Program-made: the position numbers and the translations under genes
Part shown: positions 25,984 through 39,784 of the stretch, one piece after another
How the letters are laid out: each line of letters opens with the position of its first letter
Numbering within the stretch: the first letter of the stretch is position 1
Notes under the pieces: model-generated
What the model saw: the letters and a program-made list of their open reading frames with translations, nothing else
Told to the model about the DNA's origin: nothing
Databases searched by the model: none
NCBI GenBank assembly: GCA_028023455.1
Contig: JAQFVV010000001.1
Span: 31,992,001 to 32,056,000 of the forward strand
DNA length: 64,000 nt
Origin: Epiperipatus broadwayi
Lineage: Eukaryota; Animalia; Onychophora
Reading direction: 5' to 3'

Positions 25984-28750
25984 GAGCAAGGCAAATTCCT
26001 AATGTCCACTCCATATGTTCTTGTTGTTGCAGCTGTTATTACTATGTGATTATTCATATAGTATACGAACATGGATGAGCTGCATACCAACATGCATTAG
26101 CCAGTGTGGTGAGGTTATTGGTTTTTTACCTCTGAGTTTAAGATCAAAAAACACCATGATCTTTCTTCTCAGTGCCTGATAAGGCAGAATGAATGTTTGT
26201 GTAAATGATAAATATTTTTTCCAATACATATATACAATTATGACAGACAAAAATAAAGCATGGCTCTTATTCCCAGGAGGCTGTAAAGTCACCAACCAAG
26301 GCAGCAGTTGGTTGCTGGAGGCAGAGGATGTTAAGAATCCCCTGATTGCCGACCCAGGCTGCCATTTGATGACAACTTTTTGTTTAGGTACTTACAACTG
26401 CAGATCACTTTCAAATGAAGGAAAATTGCAAGAATTAGAAGAAGAACTGTCTTATATTAAATGGGACATTATTGGACTTTGTGAAGTTAGAAGAAAAGGT
26501 GAAGAGATAATTGATTTAAAAAATGGTCATATACTCTATTATAAAGGCACAAATATTGGAAATACAAGTGGAGTAGGATTCATTGTAAATAAAAAGTGGA
26601 AGTACAATATTGTGTAGATTGACAGTATATCGAACAGAGTGGCAGGATTAGTTATACAACTTAATAGCAAATACCAAATGCAGATAATTCAGGTTTATGC
26701 CTCAACAAGTTCTCATAGTGATGAAGTAGTAGAAGATTTTTATAAGGATGTATAAAAGGCTTTTGATCAGAGTAAAAACATTTTAAAATTGTTATGGGAG
26801 ACTTTAATGCTAGAATTGGTAAACAAATGAAAGATGAAAGTGCTGTAGGTAATTTTGGTTATGGTAATAGAAATGAGAGAGGACATAGACTTGTGGAGTT
26901 TGCAGAAAAAGAAAAACTTTATATTATAATTATTTTTTTTTGAGAAAAATGTTAAAAGGAAATGGACATGGAAGCATCCAAATGAAGGTACAGCAGAATT
27001 GGATCATATTTTGACTAACAGGAATACATCTTTGAAGATTGTAATGTTCTTAATAAATTTAACATAGGAAGTGATCATCGATTAGTAAGGTGTAAGATAT
27101 GTGTTAAAGTAAAACTAGAGAGACCAAAATTATTAAGAAAAACTATATTTACAGTTGATATTCCTAATCTTCAGAAACATTCTAATGAATTTAAATTAGA
27201 ACTTACAAGTCGGTTTCAAGTATTAGTAGATTTTGAACATGATTCAGATTTGAATGAAATTAATAAGAAAATAACTGATACACTTTTAAAAATTGCAACA
27301 AAGATAGCTGGTAGAAAAAAGCAGTAATTGACCAATAAAATTTCTACTGAAACTAGAGAATTTATGAAGAAAAGAAGGAATATGAAGATATACAAAAATG
27401 ATGCATTAAAAAGAATTGAATATCTCGAATTTTGTAAAATGGTATGGAAAAGAGTTGAAAATGATATAAGAAAGTATAACTGTGAACTAGCAAGGAAAGC
27501 TGTAGGAGAAAATAAAAATCTCAAAAATGTAAAACAACATTTTGGTATTGGTAGGAAATTTATATCTGCAATAAGAAAAAATGTGGAATTATTACTAAAA
27601 AGAGAGATGACATCATGAAATTGGTAGAAGATTTTTATCAAGAATTATATAGTAATAAAGAACAAGTTCCTCCTATATCTATTACATCTTCCGAATTGCC
27701 CAGAATTTTATATGAAGAAGTGAGACATGCAATTAAATGTATGAAGAAAGGAAAGGCTCCAGGTAATGATGGAATTATAATTGATATATTTAAAAAAAGC
27801 AGGTGAAGAAATAGAAAATTTTTTAGCAAAGTTATATACCAAATGTCTAAATTATAAAGATGTACTGGATGATTAGAAGAATGCAGTAATAATATTAATA
27901 TTTAAAAAAGTTGATAAAGAAGATATTAGAAATTACAGACCCATCAGCCTTTTATGATAAAATATTTACCAAGATAATTACAACTCGTTTACAGAAAACA
28001 TTGGATTTCCACCAACAAATAGAACAATCTGGATTTAAAAGTGGTTTTAGTACAGTATGTCATATCCAGGTATTGAGAGAAGTTATAGAAAGGACAAATG
28101 AATATGAGTTGTGATTATGTTTTGAATTTGTAGATTATGAAAAGGCATTTAATTCTATAAACATTTGTTCAGTGATTAAAGCATTGGATCATTAAGGTAT
28201 AAATCCAGGATATTGTCATATTTTAAAGACTATTTATAAAAATGCAACAGCAACAATTAGATTACATAATGATACTGGGAAAGTCAACATTGAGAAAGAT
28301 GTAACACAAGGTGACTCCATATCTTCAAGCTTTTTAGAGCAGTGCTGTAAGAAGTATTTTGTGGATTAAAATGGGAAACTAAAGGAGTGAAAGTAAATGG
28401 AGATTATTTAAGTCATTTAGATTTCGCAGATGATGTAGTTGTTTTTGCAAATAATGCTTCAGAGCTGCAAAAAATGTTGCAGAAGTTATCAGATGAAAGT
28501 AGGACTAAAGATAAATGTTAAAAAGGCTAAAGTAATGTTTAATTGATTTGCTGAAAATATGAAAATAAAGATTGATTATGATGAATTAGAAGAAGTTAAC
28601 AGTTACAAACACCTTGGTCAGATTATTAATACAGATGGAAGCAAATGGAGAAAATTGATCATGGAATTAAACTTGGTTGGAGTGCTTTTTGGTAGAAATA
28701 ACTTGATACTAAAAGGAAATATGCCTATGTTTCTGTGTGAAATGTGCTAA
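25984..28750 (+). mobile_element. RTE-clade LINE, decayed and 3'-truncated (AP endonuclease + RT)
   Basis: APE: TYNCRSLSNEGKLQELEEELSYIKWDIIGLCEVRRKGE, GVGFIV, QVYASTS, DHRLV. RT: KKGKAPGNDG, NYRPISL, QSGFKSGFST, VDYEKAFNSI, TQGDSIS, LDFADD, SYKHLG. Many stops and frameshifts. The 5' boundary is approximate. Confidence 0.92.
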
Positions 28751-31700
28751 AATTATTTATGTCTTAAAATGGGCTAATTAAAGACTGTTTTACTATATTT
28801 CCTCATGAAATTGAAGTGGAAGTTGCTGAAAATCCCAAGTGAGCTCTATCTAAATTAATCCAAATCCATCAATAAATAAAAAATCAATGAGTCAATTGTA
28901 CTTCAGCTTGGATAGTGTATAAGCATTGAATTTATTTATTTGTTTATTTGTCATAACGTAAAGCCCGAATTATATATGTTAATGTAATCTCAATAGAACT
29001 GTAAGCTATTCTAAAAACCCTATAAATAATCAGAGGGAAAAGCCATGCCTCATATTTAATAACTCCTGAATATTAAATGAAACAACAGTTCATAGATATC
29101 AATATTAATAGTGATAGCTCAAACGTAGATGAAATTAAAGCAGAAATTACTGTAAACCCCTAGCGAGCTAACTTTTGCATTAATTTCATTTACATTTGAT
29201 TATCACTATTAACATTTATTAAACTTTCTCTTTGTGGGATTGCATATGAATTTCTATGTGTCTGTATTCATATATGTAGAAATAGGAATTTAATGTAATA
29301 GAATCAATCAGAAATAAAATAAATTCATTTAATTTTTAGCAACAACAACAACAAAAAGTCATATCCAAAAAGAGGGCAAATAAAAGCAACTTGAATTAAT
29401 AAACTTCCTAAATTATTATTATGCAACTTAATATTTAGTACTAATGTATAATTGAAACCATAAACTCTACTTGCTTATAAAACTTTCTAAATTAAATTCA
29501 AATAGATTGTTATTAATTCAAACTTTTTCTTTCAAGATTATTTTAGTATCTTGTTACCTAAAACATCAAATTTTGCTCTAGGTGGGAAAATATAATACAT
29601 ATTTTGTCTCAATATCATTAGTAAAATTAATGGTGTTTTCTTACAAAAGTAATATAAAGAAAGCACTTTTCTTACTAAGGGAAAAAAAGAAAATTATTTA
29701 CAGTTACACTAAATCAATTCAAAGTTTAATTTTCGAAAAAAAAAATTATTTAGTTTATTCACATTACTTTTGAATGCTAAACTTAGGTTATGAGTATATC
29801 ATAATTTGGCTAATACTGAAATGACTTTCTGATATGAAAATTAATTGCAAATAACCATTTGAGTAAAATGCAAATAACAAAATATTTAATGATGGCATTT
29901 AGTATTTAATGTTTTTCATCAAAAATTCAATCTCACTCAAATGCAATACAAACAGAATGCCTGATTTCTTGTAGATTATGTAAATTCATCAAAGTCTAGA
30001 TAATATTTTTATTACAAACAAATTTTTCATATTCTCTTTGTTTATTTCTGATTGTCTCTCTTACTGTCTCTAGACTCATTAGTATATTGATTTTTTATAA
30101 CTTATAATATGCCTTTAGTATTTAAAATGTGATGGTAGAGACAACTTTAGCAGACCAGGAATCAATATTAATACACTTTGAATCGAATTTAAGAAAAGAG
30201 AATCATTCAGTATATGGTTTTGTGCTTAAGCAGGCCAATTAAAAGAATGCACTACACTTTAAAATACAAATGTGTAAAATTATGTCAAAAATGGCTTTCT
30301 TATAATATCTATAGTCTGCTAAAATATTACTCATTTAAATGGTAAATGTAATTGTAATAATAGTAACAGTGATGATAACAAGATAGCAGGTTATGAAGTA
30401 ATGAATATATTTCAATAATTACATAGAATGATTAAACTTTGCATAATATTAACTCCATGTTTTGAAAATAAGAAAGTGAATAGTCAAGAAGGGGTTAAAT
30501 TTTAAAAGAGTATAATTGAACAAGTTTTGTTTATTAAAAAAAAGGAATGATATAACTAAAAGTTTAGGTCATTATACAAAATTTCAAAAAATTCCCTTTT
30601 AAATATTTATAGCACATAACTGATACTTTTTTGATTTTGTATATATTGTAGTAGTTAGTCCTCATTGTGAATTTAAAAAAAAAGATATGCATGAGCTTTA
30701 AAAGAATAAATTTGTTCATTTTAATCATATATAGTGATATTCAAAAATATGACTTTATAAAAGGAGATCAATTGGGTTTATTTGTTTCATGCATAAAGGT
30801 GTTTTCATTTTAAACTTTTTTTAAGTAGTTGCAATTAAAATCTTTTATTCACATTTAAGTGAATAAATTATTTTAAATATATATAAAAGGTAGATTGAAA
30901 TAATATAGACAATTATTTTAGCATTAATATTTATCAAAGAATATTTGTACACTGATATATATTTAAAACTACAAAGCAGATATAAAATTTTAATTTAATA
31001 AGATTATATAAAATTTAATTATTTAAGTTATATTTTTATTATTTTTTGCTAATATTAAAAATTAATTTTAAAAATAGTTGAACATATGCCATTCAAAAAC
31101 AAATGTTCAAGATGTGTATATGAGTATGCTAAGTGGATAATAGAAATTTTTAACATTGTGTGGTTCTATGAGATAACCATAATAATTTTAAACATCATTA
31201 ATTCTGCAATAAAGGAGGTTGTTTACCCTTGACAAATAAAAAAAATTGGTACTTGATAAGATACCTTCAATTCAACTAGATTGTCTTTTAACATAGATTT
31301 AAAAAAATGGCAATAATAGTAAAGTTATTAACTATGATAGTCAGCTAGATAAAGATAGGGCTTGTGAAGTCACTGTTTCAGTTGCCTACATTACTGTGGA
31401 GTCTCTATGGGATAATGTTAAAATAAAAAAGTTTAAAATAAAAATAAAAGCCTATCAAACAAAAAAAAATTATCTTTTCTAAACCTCAACACTGAAAATG
31501 TTATATTTTAAAGATATCTGGGTGGAGATATAAGTTATTGCATAGACCAATTAATAGTTTTTCAATGTTTTCAAGAATTCTTAAATTTTTATGCCCATCT
31601 GTAATTGTCTAAACAAGTTTAGAAAAAAATAAACTTTTATCTAGAACTTTTAAAAAAAATTAACCAAGATCAACTTCCTTTTGTAATCTTCGCTTTTTAT

Positions 31701-31854
31701 TTTGTCAAGAAGTATCATTCAGGAAACATGCTGAAATCAGATTGAAAATGAATTTTGAATTAGGACTTTAGATAAAAAAAAAAGAAATAAAGACATTATT
31801 TTCATTAATAATAATTTTATTATGAATTGTTTCTATGGATTTTTTTTCTCTTAG

Positions 31855-31889
31855 ATCTCCTGAAGAAATGTTCTTTTAAAATAGCAAAG
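31855..31889 (+). CDS. Candidate 35-nt coding exon, (x)LLKKCSFKIAK, gene unidentified
   Basis: Acceptor tttttttctcttag| and donor aag|gtaatg. Only one frame is open (phase 1 to 0). No homology recognised. Confidence 0.3.
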
Positions 31890-32196
31890 GTAATGTTTAG
31901 AATTTTTTTTTTTTGCTTTATATGTAATACATGTTTATAAAAAGCTCATGTAATATTTTTGGTGTGAATGATTATATTTATTAAGGGTCATATAATGATA
32001 TTAAAATTTATTATCAATATAAATTTTAAATCTTATAGATACATCATTGCAGGATAAATGGAATTGTATTGATATTTAGTGAGTCATTAAGGATTCAAGT
32101 ACTAGAACTAAAAGCATTCATGAACTTACTTAGTTATATGAACAATTTAAATAGTGGCCTTCATATACTTGATATTGTCATACATGGTAATATATA

Positions 32197-32214
32197 TCAC
32201 TATCTCTTATACAA

Positions 32215-32260
<46 letters not shown>

Positions 32261-32283
32261 TTTATTTGTATAAGAGATAGTGA
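32197..32283. repeat. Palindrome with perfect 23-bp arms around (AT)n
   Basis: tcactatctcttatacaaataaa (32197-32219) and tttatttgtataagagatagtga (32261-32283). Confidence 0.95.
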
Positions 32284-33889
32284 ATCTCTCGTTACAACCT
32301 TGTTTTATCTAAGAGATGTGAATTACTCTCATTGTGTAGCTCTTTTGTCTTTATGTAAGAGATGATAAAATTCCACTTATTGCATGTTAAATGAAAATAT
32401 GTATGAATACATGCAGCAATGTGTTTGTTTTGCTTTTGCTATTTTATTAATATACCATTACCTGTGATTTTTAAGTTAGCTTGTTTAAAAACCTACTATA
32501 TTACATTTTGTATCAGTAGATAAGGTCAATGTATTATTAAAAGAAACTTTTATCTGCAAAAGACATATAAAAATTATATTCTAAACTTGTTATTCACTTT
32601 ATTAGCAAATACTTATATTTTTCTTTTATATAACTCTGCTTAAGATTTTTTTTCCAGCATATAGTAGCACCATTTTACTTGGGATTTTTTTTTTCTTGAA
32701 TACTTTGAATGACTGTAATAATTTTATAAATACATTTGTTATTAGTGATAATATAAAAATGTCAAAAAAATGTATGTATTTTTTTATTAAATTTGTTTTT
32801 CATGTATTTTGTTTATAAAATCAATACTTATCATTAAATTATGGTCATGCATATGGGATTCACTATGGCATTCTGATATTTACCTTGAGATATAAAATAC
32901 ATTCAAAGTAATATTTTTCCCTACCTATATTAAATTATTATTAGATAATATAACCTTGTAATATAAAAAGGAAAAAGATGATGTATACATTAAAAAAAAC
33001 TTTAGGATTATTTTGTTACTTATTCTAAATATATTTTGAGATCAATAAAATGTCGCTTTGATTTCAATGTATATTTCTTTAAAATATGCACATATGTAAT
33101 AAAAAAGTCTTAGATATAAATACATTTCTCTTTTATAAGTTTGAATAGCCAGAAGTGAGAGTTTCATTATTTTTGATCTATTACTTATGGTTACAGTTTT
33201 GGCTTGTTCAGTTCACAGGAAATAATAAGAAAAGCCAACCTCACTTCCCCATAATCTTTATAAGTACAGTACAGTTTGCTACCCAAATATGTTAAGCATT
33301 TAAAGAGCCAGCTTCCAGCATCATTTACCATTATAATTTTGGCACCAAACATGGGTCTTGATAAACATGTGAAATTATAATTTTATTTTTGTGTGATGTG
33401 ATAAGTGATTTATTTGATCTTATGACAATAATAATATTTAGCAATAATAAAGCCTTTTGATTTGCCTGTAATAATTATGTCAACTTGAATATAAGGGGAA
33501 CATATATCATATTTAATGATGGAAAGTTTACTTGGGAAAATTTCATTCCTCAGAAATTATTAACTATTAAAAATAGATAGATTTTTTTTATTGGATGCTT
33601 TTCTTTTTGGGCAAAAATAGAAGATTACCAAGCTTTAGTCTATTAGTGTGCATTGGTAAATATATTTTATAATGTAGAAATGTTTATTTAAAAAAACAGA
33701 TTTTTTCTGTGCTTTATTTTAATAATTATGAGTGATATTAATCCTGATGTATTGGGGAGACCCCAAACTAGTATTTGAAATATATTAGCATGGTAAGTTC
33801 TAAATTGAAAATTGATAACTGGGTGTTTAGTATTAAATTTAATGAAATAAGGGCTAAAGCTAAAAGATGACTGCTAAGCATTAATTGAT

Positions 33890-35010
33890 AGGGTGAACAC
33901 TAAATTTGACAAGGAACTAAAAATAGAAGATGTGGACAACAATAATTTTAATGTTGAAAGCTCTATAATTAGCATCATTTTAATAAAAGATGGCATAGAT
34001 TTGCTGCAAGCTAATAAAAATTACAATTTTGAGATCAATAATTTTTTGAGACCACAAAAAAAATATCATTTTCAATGCAGTAAAAGTTGATAGGAAAGAT
34101 GATAACTTTAAAGTTAGGGATTATATGATTAGTGACATTTTAAATAGTCAATTTGATGAAATAGGCAAGGCTACAAAAGTTTATGCAGGAATGCAGACAG
34201 ATTGTTTTATGAACTTGGGTGCTAGGACTATATTGCAGCAAGAACTGAATGCTAATAAAAGTAGTGATGAATTACAAATAGAGGATATAAAAAACAATAA
34301 TTTTAAGGTTGAGTTCTTTATGTAAGGAAAGGAAAACAATGATAATAGATGGATTTTGGTTTAAAGAGAGTGCCATAATGAACTCAAGGTATCCTGATAA
34401 AATTTGTGTAGGTGATAGTCATGAATATATCAATTCTAGTTTTGATAGATTGATGAGAATTTTGGCTATTTCATAAGTTAAACCTTCATAAAGAGTTTAT
34501 CAGTAATACATATTTTAAGGATTTGAATATAAAAGATTTCTGTATCCAGATATATGCCCATGAAAAGTCACTTAACAATCAGCATATTTTAAGAAGATTT
34601 AGTTCTTTGCATTCTGTAGCCAATGATGGCAGAGCAAATATGAAGTGTTTAAAATGTGAAAATAGATGTCTATAGTCAATAATATTTGTCTCATAGTCAA
34701 AGAGGAGATAGGGAATTCATTTGGTATAAAGAATGTGTTTTTAGATGAACTAGGAGATAAATGTGTTAGTAGGAACTTATGCCATTTATCTGATCTTTGT
34801 GATTTGTTTTATAAATATCCAGTAAGAATGAAATTTAAAATCATAATATTTATGTTGATATCTTTATTACTTTCAGAAATCATTTACTTATATTTAACAT
34901 CACAGTTAATAAAAAGGGATCTTACAATTGTGAAATGTCGATGCCTATTATATCATTATAAATTAAAATGTTACAATTTGTTTAATTTGAATAGAAGCTG
35001 GTTTAAATAA
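33890..35010 (+). mobile_element. Decayed coding remnant, possibly the C-terminus of a non-LTR element
   Basis: Purine-rich broken ORFs with an internal repeat (ELKIEDVDNNNFNVE / ELQIEDIKNNNFKVE) and a CLKC zinc-finger-like motif near 34650. Family not assignable by eye. Confidence 0.3.
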
Positions 35011-37121
35011 GATTTGTATGTGCATAAGCTTAGTTAACCTAGAATGGCTATATTTGTTAATGGGCATGATGTTATTATGGTCTAATTTATTGCAATATTG
35101 TTTTGAGGAATGTATTTGTTTCTTATAAATCAGAAGAATAGAGAAAATGGTGTAATTAAGTTTAATATTTGAAACTAACTTACTTGTTGTAGTGTGATTA
35201 ATATCCTTTGCTATAGATTATTCCTTGTTTTTATTCATTTCATAGTTTTAATACATTTTTTTTTAAATTTTCATAAGGGGTACAAATGTAATAATTAGCC
35301 CTCACTGTGAATTAAAAAAAGATATATGCGATCTTTAAATGAATTTTTTTTCATTTTAATCATATATAATGGCAATCAAAAATTTGACTTTATAAATAGA
35401 TGTATGTATGTTTATTTGTTTCACATGTAAAATTGTTTTCATTTTAAACTGTTTTTTTTTTTTGAAAGTTGTTGAGATTAAAATTTTTTATTCATGTTTA
35501 AGTGAATAAGTTATTTTAAAAAAAAGAATGATTAAAATAACATAGAAAATTATTTTAGTTTTAATATTTGTCAAAGAATATTTGTTATGCTGATATGTAT
35601 TTAAAAAAATAAACCAGATATGAGATTGAAATTTAATAAAATTATATAAAATTTAATTATTTTAATTATATTTTTATTTATTTTTTTATTTATATTAAAG
35701 TTAATTTTAGAAATAGTTAAATAAGATGTTAAAAACAAATATTTAAGGTGTGTGCAGGTATGCAAAGTGGACAATAAAAATTTTTAGCATTGCATGGTTT
35801 CTAGTGAATATCCATAGTAATTTTGGACATTATTAATTTTGCAGTAAAGGGGATTGTTTACCCTTAACAAAAAAAAACTATGTACTTGATAAAAAAACTT
35901 TTGATCCAACTAGATTCTTTTCTTTTAATATAGTTTTTAAAAATGGCAATAGCCTTAAAGTTATTAATCATAGTAGTCAGCTAGATAGAGATAGTCTGGA
36001 GCTTGTGAAGCCTTCTTTCCAGTTGCCTACATTACTGCAGAGTTTCTATGGACTAATGTTAAAATAAAATAAAAGCATATCTAACAAAAAACTAAAATTA
36101 TCTTTTCTAAACTTCAACATTGCTCACCCCTCCAATTTTCTTATAGAAATTGATCAAAATTTTAATATTTCCAAAAAAACATATTATTTCTTAACCAATT
36201 TAAAATAACAATAAAGGTCATTGACATCTTAAAATAAACTTTAAAATGTCATGTTAAAGTTCAACCTTGGGTACTCTACTTTGCCTGGAATATGAATTGA
36301 TGGAGCCAAGATGATGATTGGGAGAAAAAATAGCATTTCAGTACATTTCAACAATGATATAGATTAAAGCAAAGTAAAGAAAAAAGTATTTTCCATTGCA
36401 TAAATCACTAACAAAATGCATATTCTAAAATAATTGACATAAAGAATAAAATGACTATTGTTATTAAGTATATAAATGAAATGAAATTTAAATCAATACT
36501 TGGCTATTGAGCATTTTTTAAATTTCTAGAAAATTTTGAAGACAGTTATGAAAATATAATACATTATTGTAAAGTTCAATTGCTTTTTTTGAATTAAAAG
36601 ACAAGGTGAAGCTCTTCATGAAAGTTTTTTAAAAAAGGCCATACCAGAATTCACTAATAAAAAATAGTTGTATGGTCATTTCTCATTATTTTAACTACCC
36701 ATTTGCATGATCTAAATATAAAATTACAAAAAGAAAATCAATTCATAACCAAATTATAAGGGAATATTCATGCCTTTAAAAAAAATTGAAACATTTTTAA
36801 AATCTGTTAAATAATAATTTCATTGACAATCCAACATTTTCCACTATTTTTAATAATACTTATCTAAAACAAAAATACAGTGATATTTTTATAAAGTGCT
36901 CTATAAATTCCAAGAACGGTTCTCTGATTTCAAAATAATAAAAAAATATCTTTTTTTGATATCCAACTTAAATAAAATTTCTGAAAAATATCATATTGAT
37001 ATTTAAAATGAAATTTATGAAATTATGACTTGCATATAAAATCCCTATTTTTTCTGATATCTGATTTGGTGAGTGTATTAATGTTTGTCTGAGGTCACAT
37101 GTCAAATTCACAATGAGTTAT

Positions 37122-37201
37122 ATTTTTAATTTTTATGTGTCAAAGCATCAGTTGGGAAGTGAACCCGCAAACCCGGGACAACTGCTTGTTAGACAGCTGT
37201 G
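37122..37201 (-). mobile_element. 5'-truncated copy of the tRNA-Gly-derived retroposon
   Basis: Minus strand cacagctgtctaacaagcagttgtcccgggtttgcgggttcacttcccaactgatgctttgacacat plus an A-rich tail. It shares the gctttgaca(c/t)at tail with the 7911 copy. Confidence 0.7.
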
Positions 37202-39784
37202 AAAAAAAATTGTTTTGCCATTAAATCATAATAATGCTGTCAATTTACACATCAAATAGAAAGGTAATGAAAAAATTGCCACATTTATTCAAAATCTTCT
37301 GTTTAATTTTCATTAAATCTTAAAAAAAAATTATTAGAGCAACAATTAAAAAAAAGTATTACAAAAACATTGGCTGTAATGGTGTCAAAATATATGTTTG
37401 TTCCTAACACTATCAATATAATAGATAATGACACCTTTTATAAGACAACGGTGTGAAAGGATGTTGTTTTGGAACATTGCTGAAAAAATATTTGTTAAAA
37501 CAATCAGTTAAAAAAATATTATGAAAGTGTTGTTTTTTACATATTTTGTGTTTGTAACATTTCTGACAAAACAGTACATTCATTTTTGTAATATTTCTAA
37601 AAAAAAAAAAATTTGTTAAAGCAACCAATTAAAAAAAATATTACAAAAACAAAGGCCAGGTATAGTCTGGTAATATTATATTTTTTATTCCAGTTCTTTG
37701 AATGATAATGTAAATTAATACATATAAGTGCAAACATTTTTTTTCAAAAATGATATCTATAGAATCAAGGCAAATATAATCTATGAAAATTTGGTGCATA
37801 TTTTGTGCATTACTAGTACTAAAATCAAACCAGTGTAAATAATCAGTGGTAAATTTCATATTAATTTTTTTATTAGATTAATATTATGTAATAATATATA
37901 ATAGTAAAAATAAATAAATAATAATGATGATAATTTATTTTTAATTTACAAAAAAATTATGGCTTTTAATTTAAAAGAGAAAATGGAAATTGGACTATTA
38001 ATTGAAAACGTTGCCCATCTGGAGATCATGATTTCAAAAGCATACTATATTTAAAACTTGTTTGTTTAGCCATTATAATTATCACTAAAAATGTTTAATG
38101 TTAATTTTTATTAATAATTAACAAATTTTTTTAGTATCTAACATATACTCTATAATTTCTTACCCAACTATACTTATAAATTTGGAAGAAAAAATAGAAT
38201 AAAACTGAAAAATTATATAGAGAACACCTTTCATCTCTTTCACGCATCTTCATAGTTTTAGTATTAAATGTGATTATACCCCCTTCTCTTCAGCAATTTT
38301 TTTTTAATAAATATCAGCAATTCTTAATATTTTATTAAGAATTATTAGTATACTATTACATGTTTTTTCATTTTATTAATGATGATTTCTTCATAATAAT
38401 CAATGGGAAGATCATGTGATATAGGGATCTATCACTCATGCTTTAACATTATAATAATACATTGCGAACAAATCATTATATGATTTATTAATTATTATGG
38501 TTAAGCTAGACATAAGTCCTGAAAATTTGAAAATTCTGGTCATACATAAAACTTGCAGTCTAAAAGTTAATGGTCACATTAATTAGCATTTCAATATATA
38601 TATACACAATAATTAGAAACTGAATAACAGTGACATGATAGACTTTAGAAAATCGTATGTCAAAGTAATCCTTATACAGTATTTGTTTAAAAATATATAA
38701 AATAAAAGCATATTGCAACTACTACTTGCTTTCTTCTAAATTAAATGTTGTGTTTGTATATATATATAATACAAATAAAATGTCCGATAATTAAAAAACT
38801 ATTGTGATAACAAGCAAAAATAATAAATATAACAATAATTAACTATTATATACAATCTTTTTTTTTTTTTTAAATGGTGAACTAGTATTAGCTGCAAGTT
38901 TAATGTTATATTTTAAATTTTTTTAAAAATAAAACATATATAAAGTGTTATCAAAAAAAACCACAAATATATAAAGTTTTAGTTGTAAATGTATATTTTT
39001 AAATATAAAACCATATTCCTTACAAATGATGCGATAGATGAATTACGTTGTGGAGGATAAAAAAGTCAATGTGGCAGACTGATTCATTTAATTTCTTTTA
39101 AAATGGAAAGGAAAGGATCAGTTTATTTGATATGGATTTGTCATGCCAGGATTCTTGGTTGTCATGACATTATGAATGGAAACTACATCATAGCAGAAAT
39201 TATATCAAAGTACCAAAACATAGACAAAACTTGTAAATTAAAAAAAGAAATTGTTTTCCTTCTTTTTATACTTTGTTTATATTTGACAAAAAAAATAAAA
39301 TGTTGTACTTATAGTTAGCTTTTTTTTCTGTTTCTGGATTGCAAAGTTTACACATGTTTCAATTGTTTTCTATTATTTTAATATTATTGTTTTAATATTA
39401 TTTTTATGCTGGTCTGGTTTAATTTTGGATTTGGGGTAGTTTTGATTTTATATTGACTAGTTTAGCTTTATGCTTGTAATGTTTACATTTTAATGAGTTT
39501 CTTTGCATTTAAGAGTAGTTTTGCTGATGTAGTGTAAAGATTTTTTTTCTTTTATTATTGATATATTTTATTATTGATATTTATTATTGATATTTTATTA
39601 TTGATATATTTTTTGTTTTTTAATTATTGATATATTTGAATGTCATTTATGTATATTATGTTTGTTGTTTGAGTTTGGGTTGATAGAGTATATTTGTGTT
39701 TATTTAGTTATATATATATAGAAGTGTGTGTATGTTTTTATTGGGTTTTATTTTATAAGGGTATTGGTAATTGGGTTTTTTAGT

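Larger units (their letters stand above)
30647..36119 (+). repeat. Pair of diverged direct repeats of about 840 bp (30647-31491 and 35287-36119)
   Basis: Collinear similarity from tgta(g/a)ta(g/a)ttag(t/c)cctca(t/c)tgtgaatt to tatcttttctaaac(c/t)tcaaca. Both copies start with TGT and end with ACA. Confidence 0.85.

Noticed and set aside
39030-39320. Possible second piggyBac fragment (IDE...RKG...IW...NG.YI), and a Cys-rich frame at 37413-37628 (-)
   Set aside because: Motif spacing is too loose to call without an HMM search.
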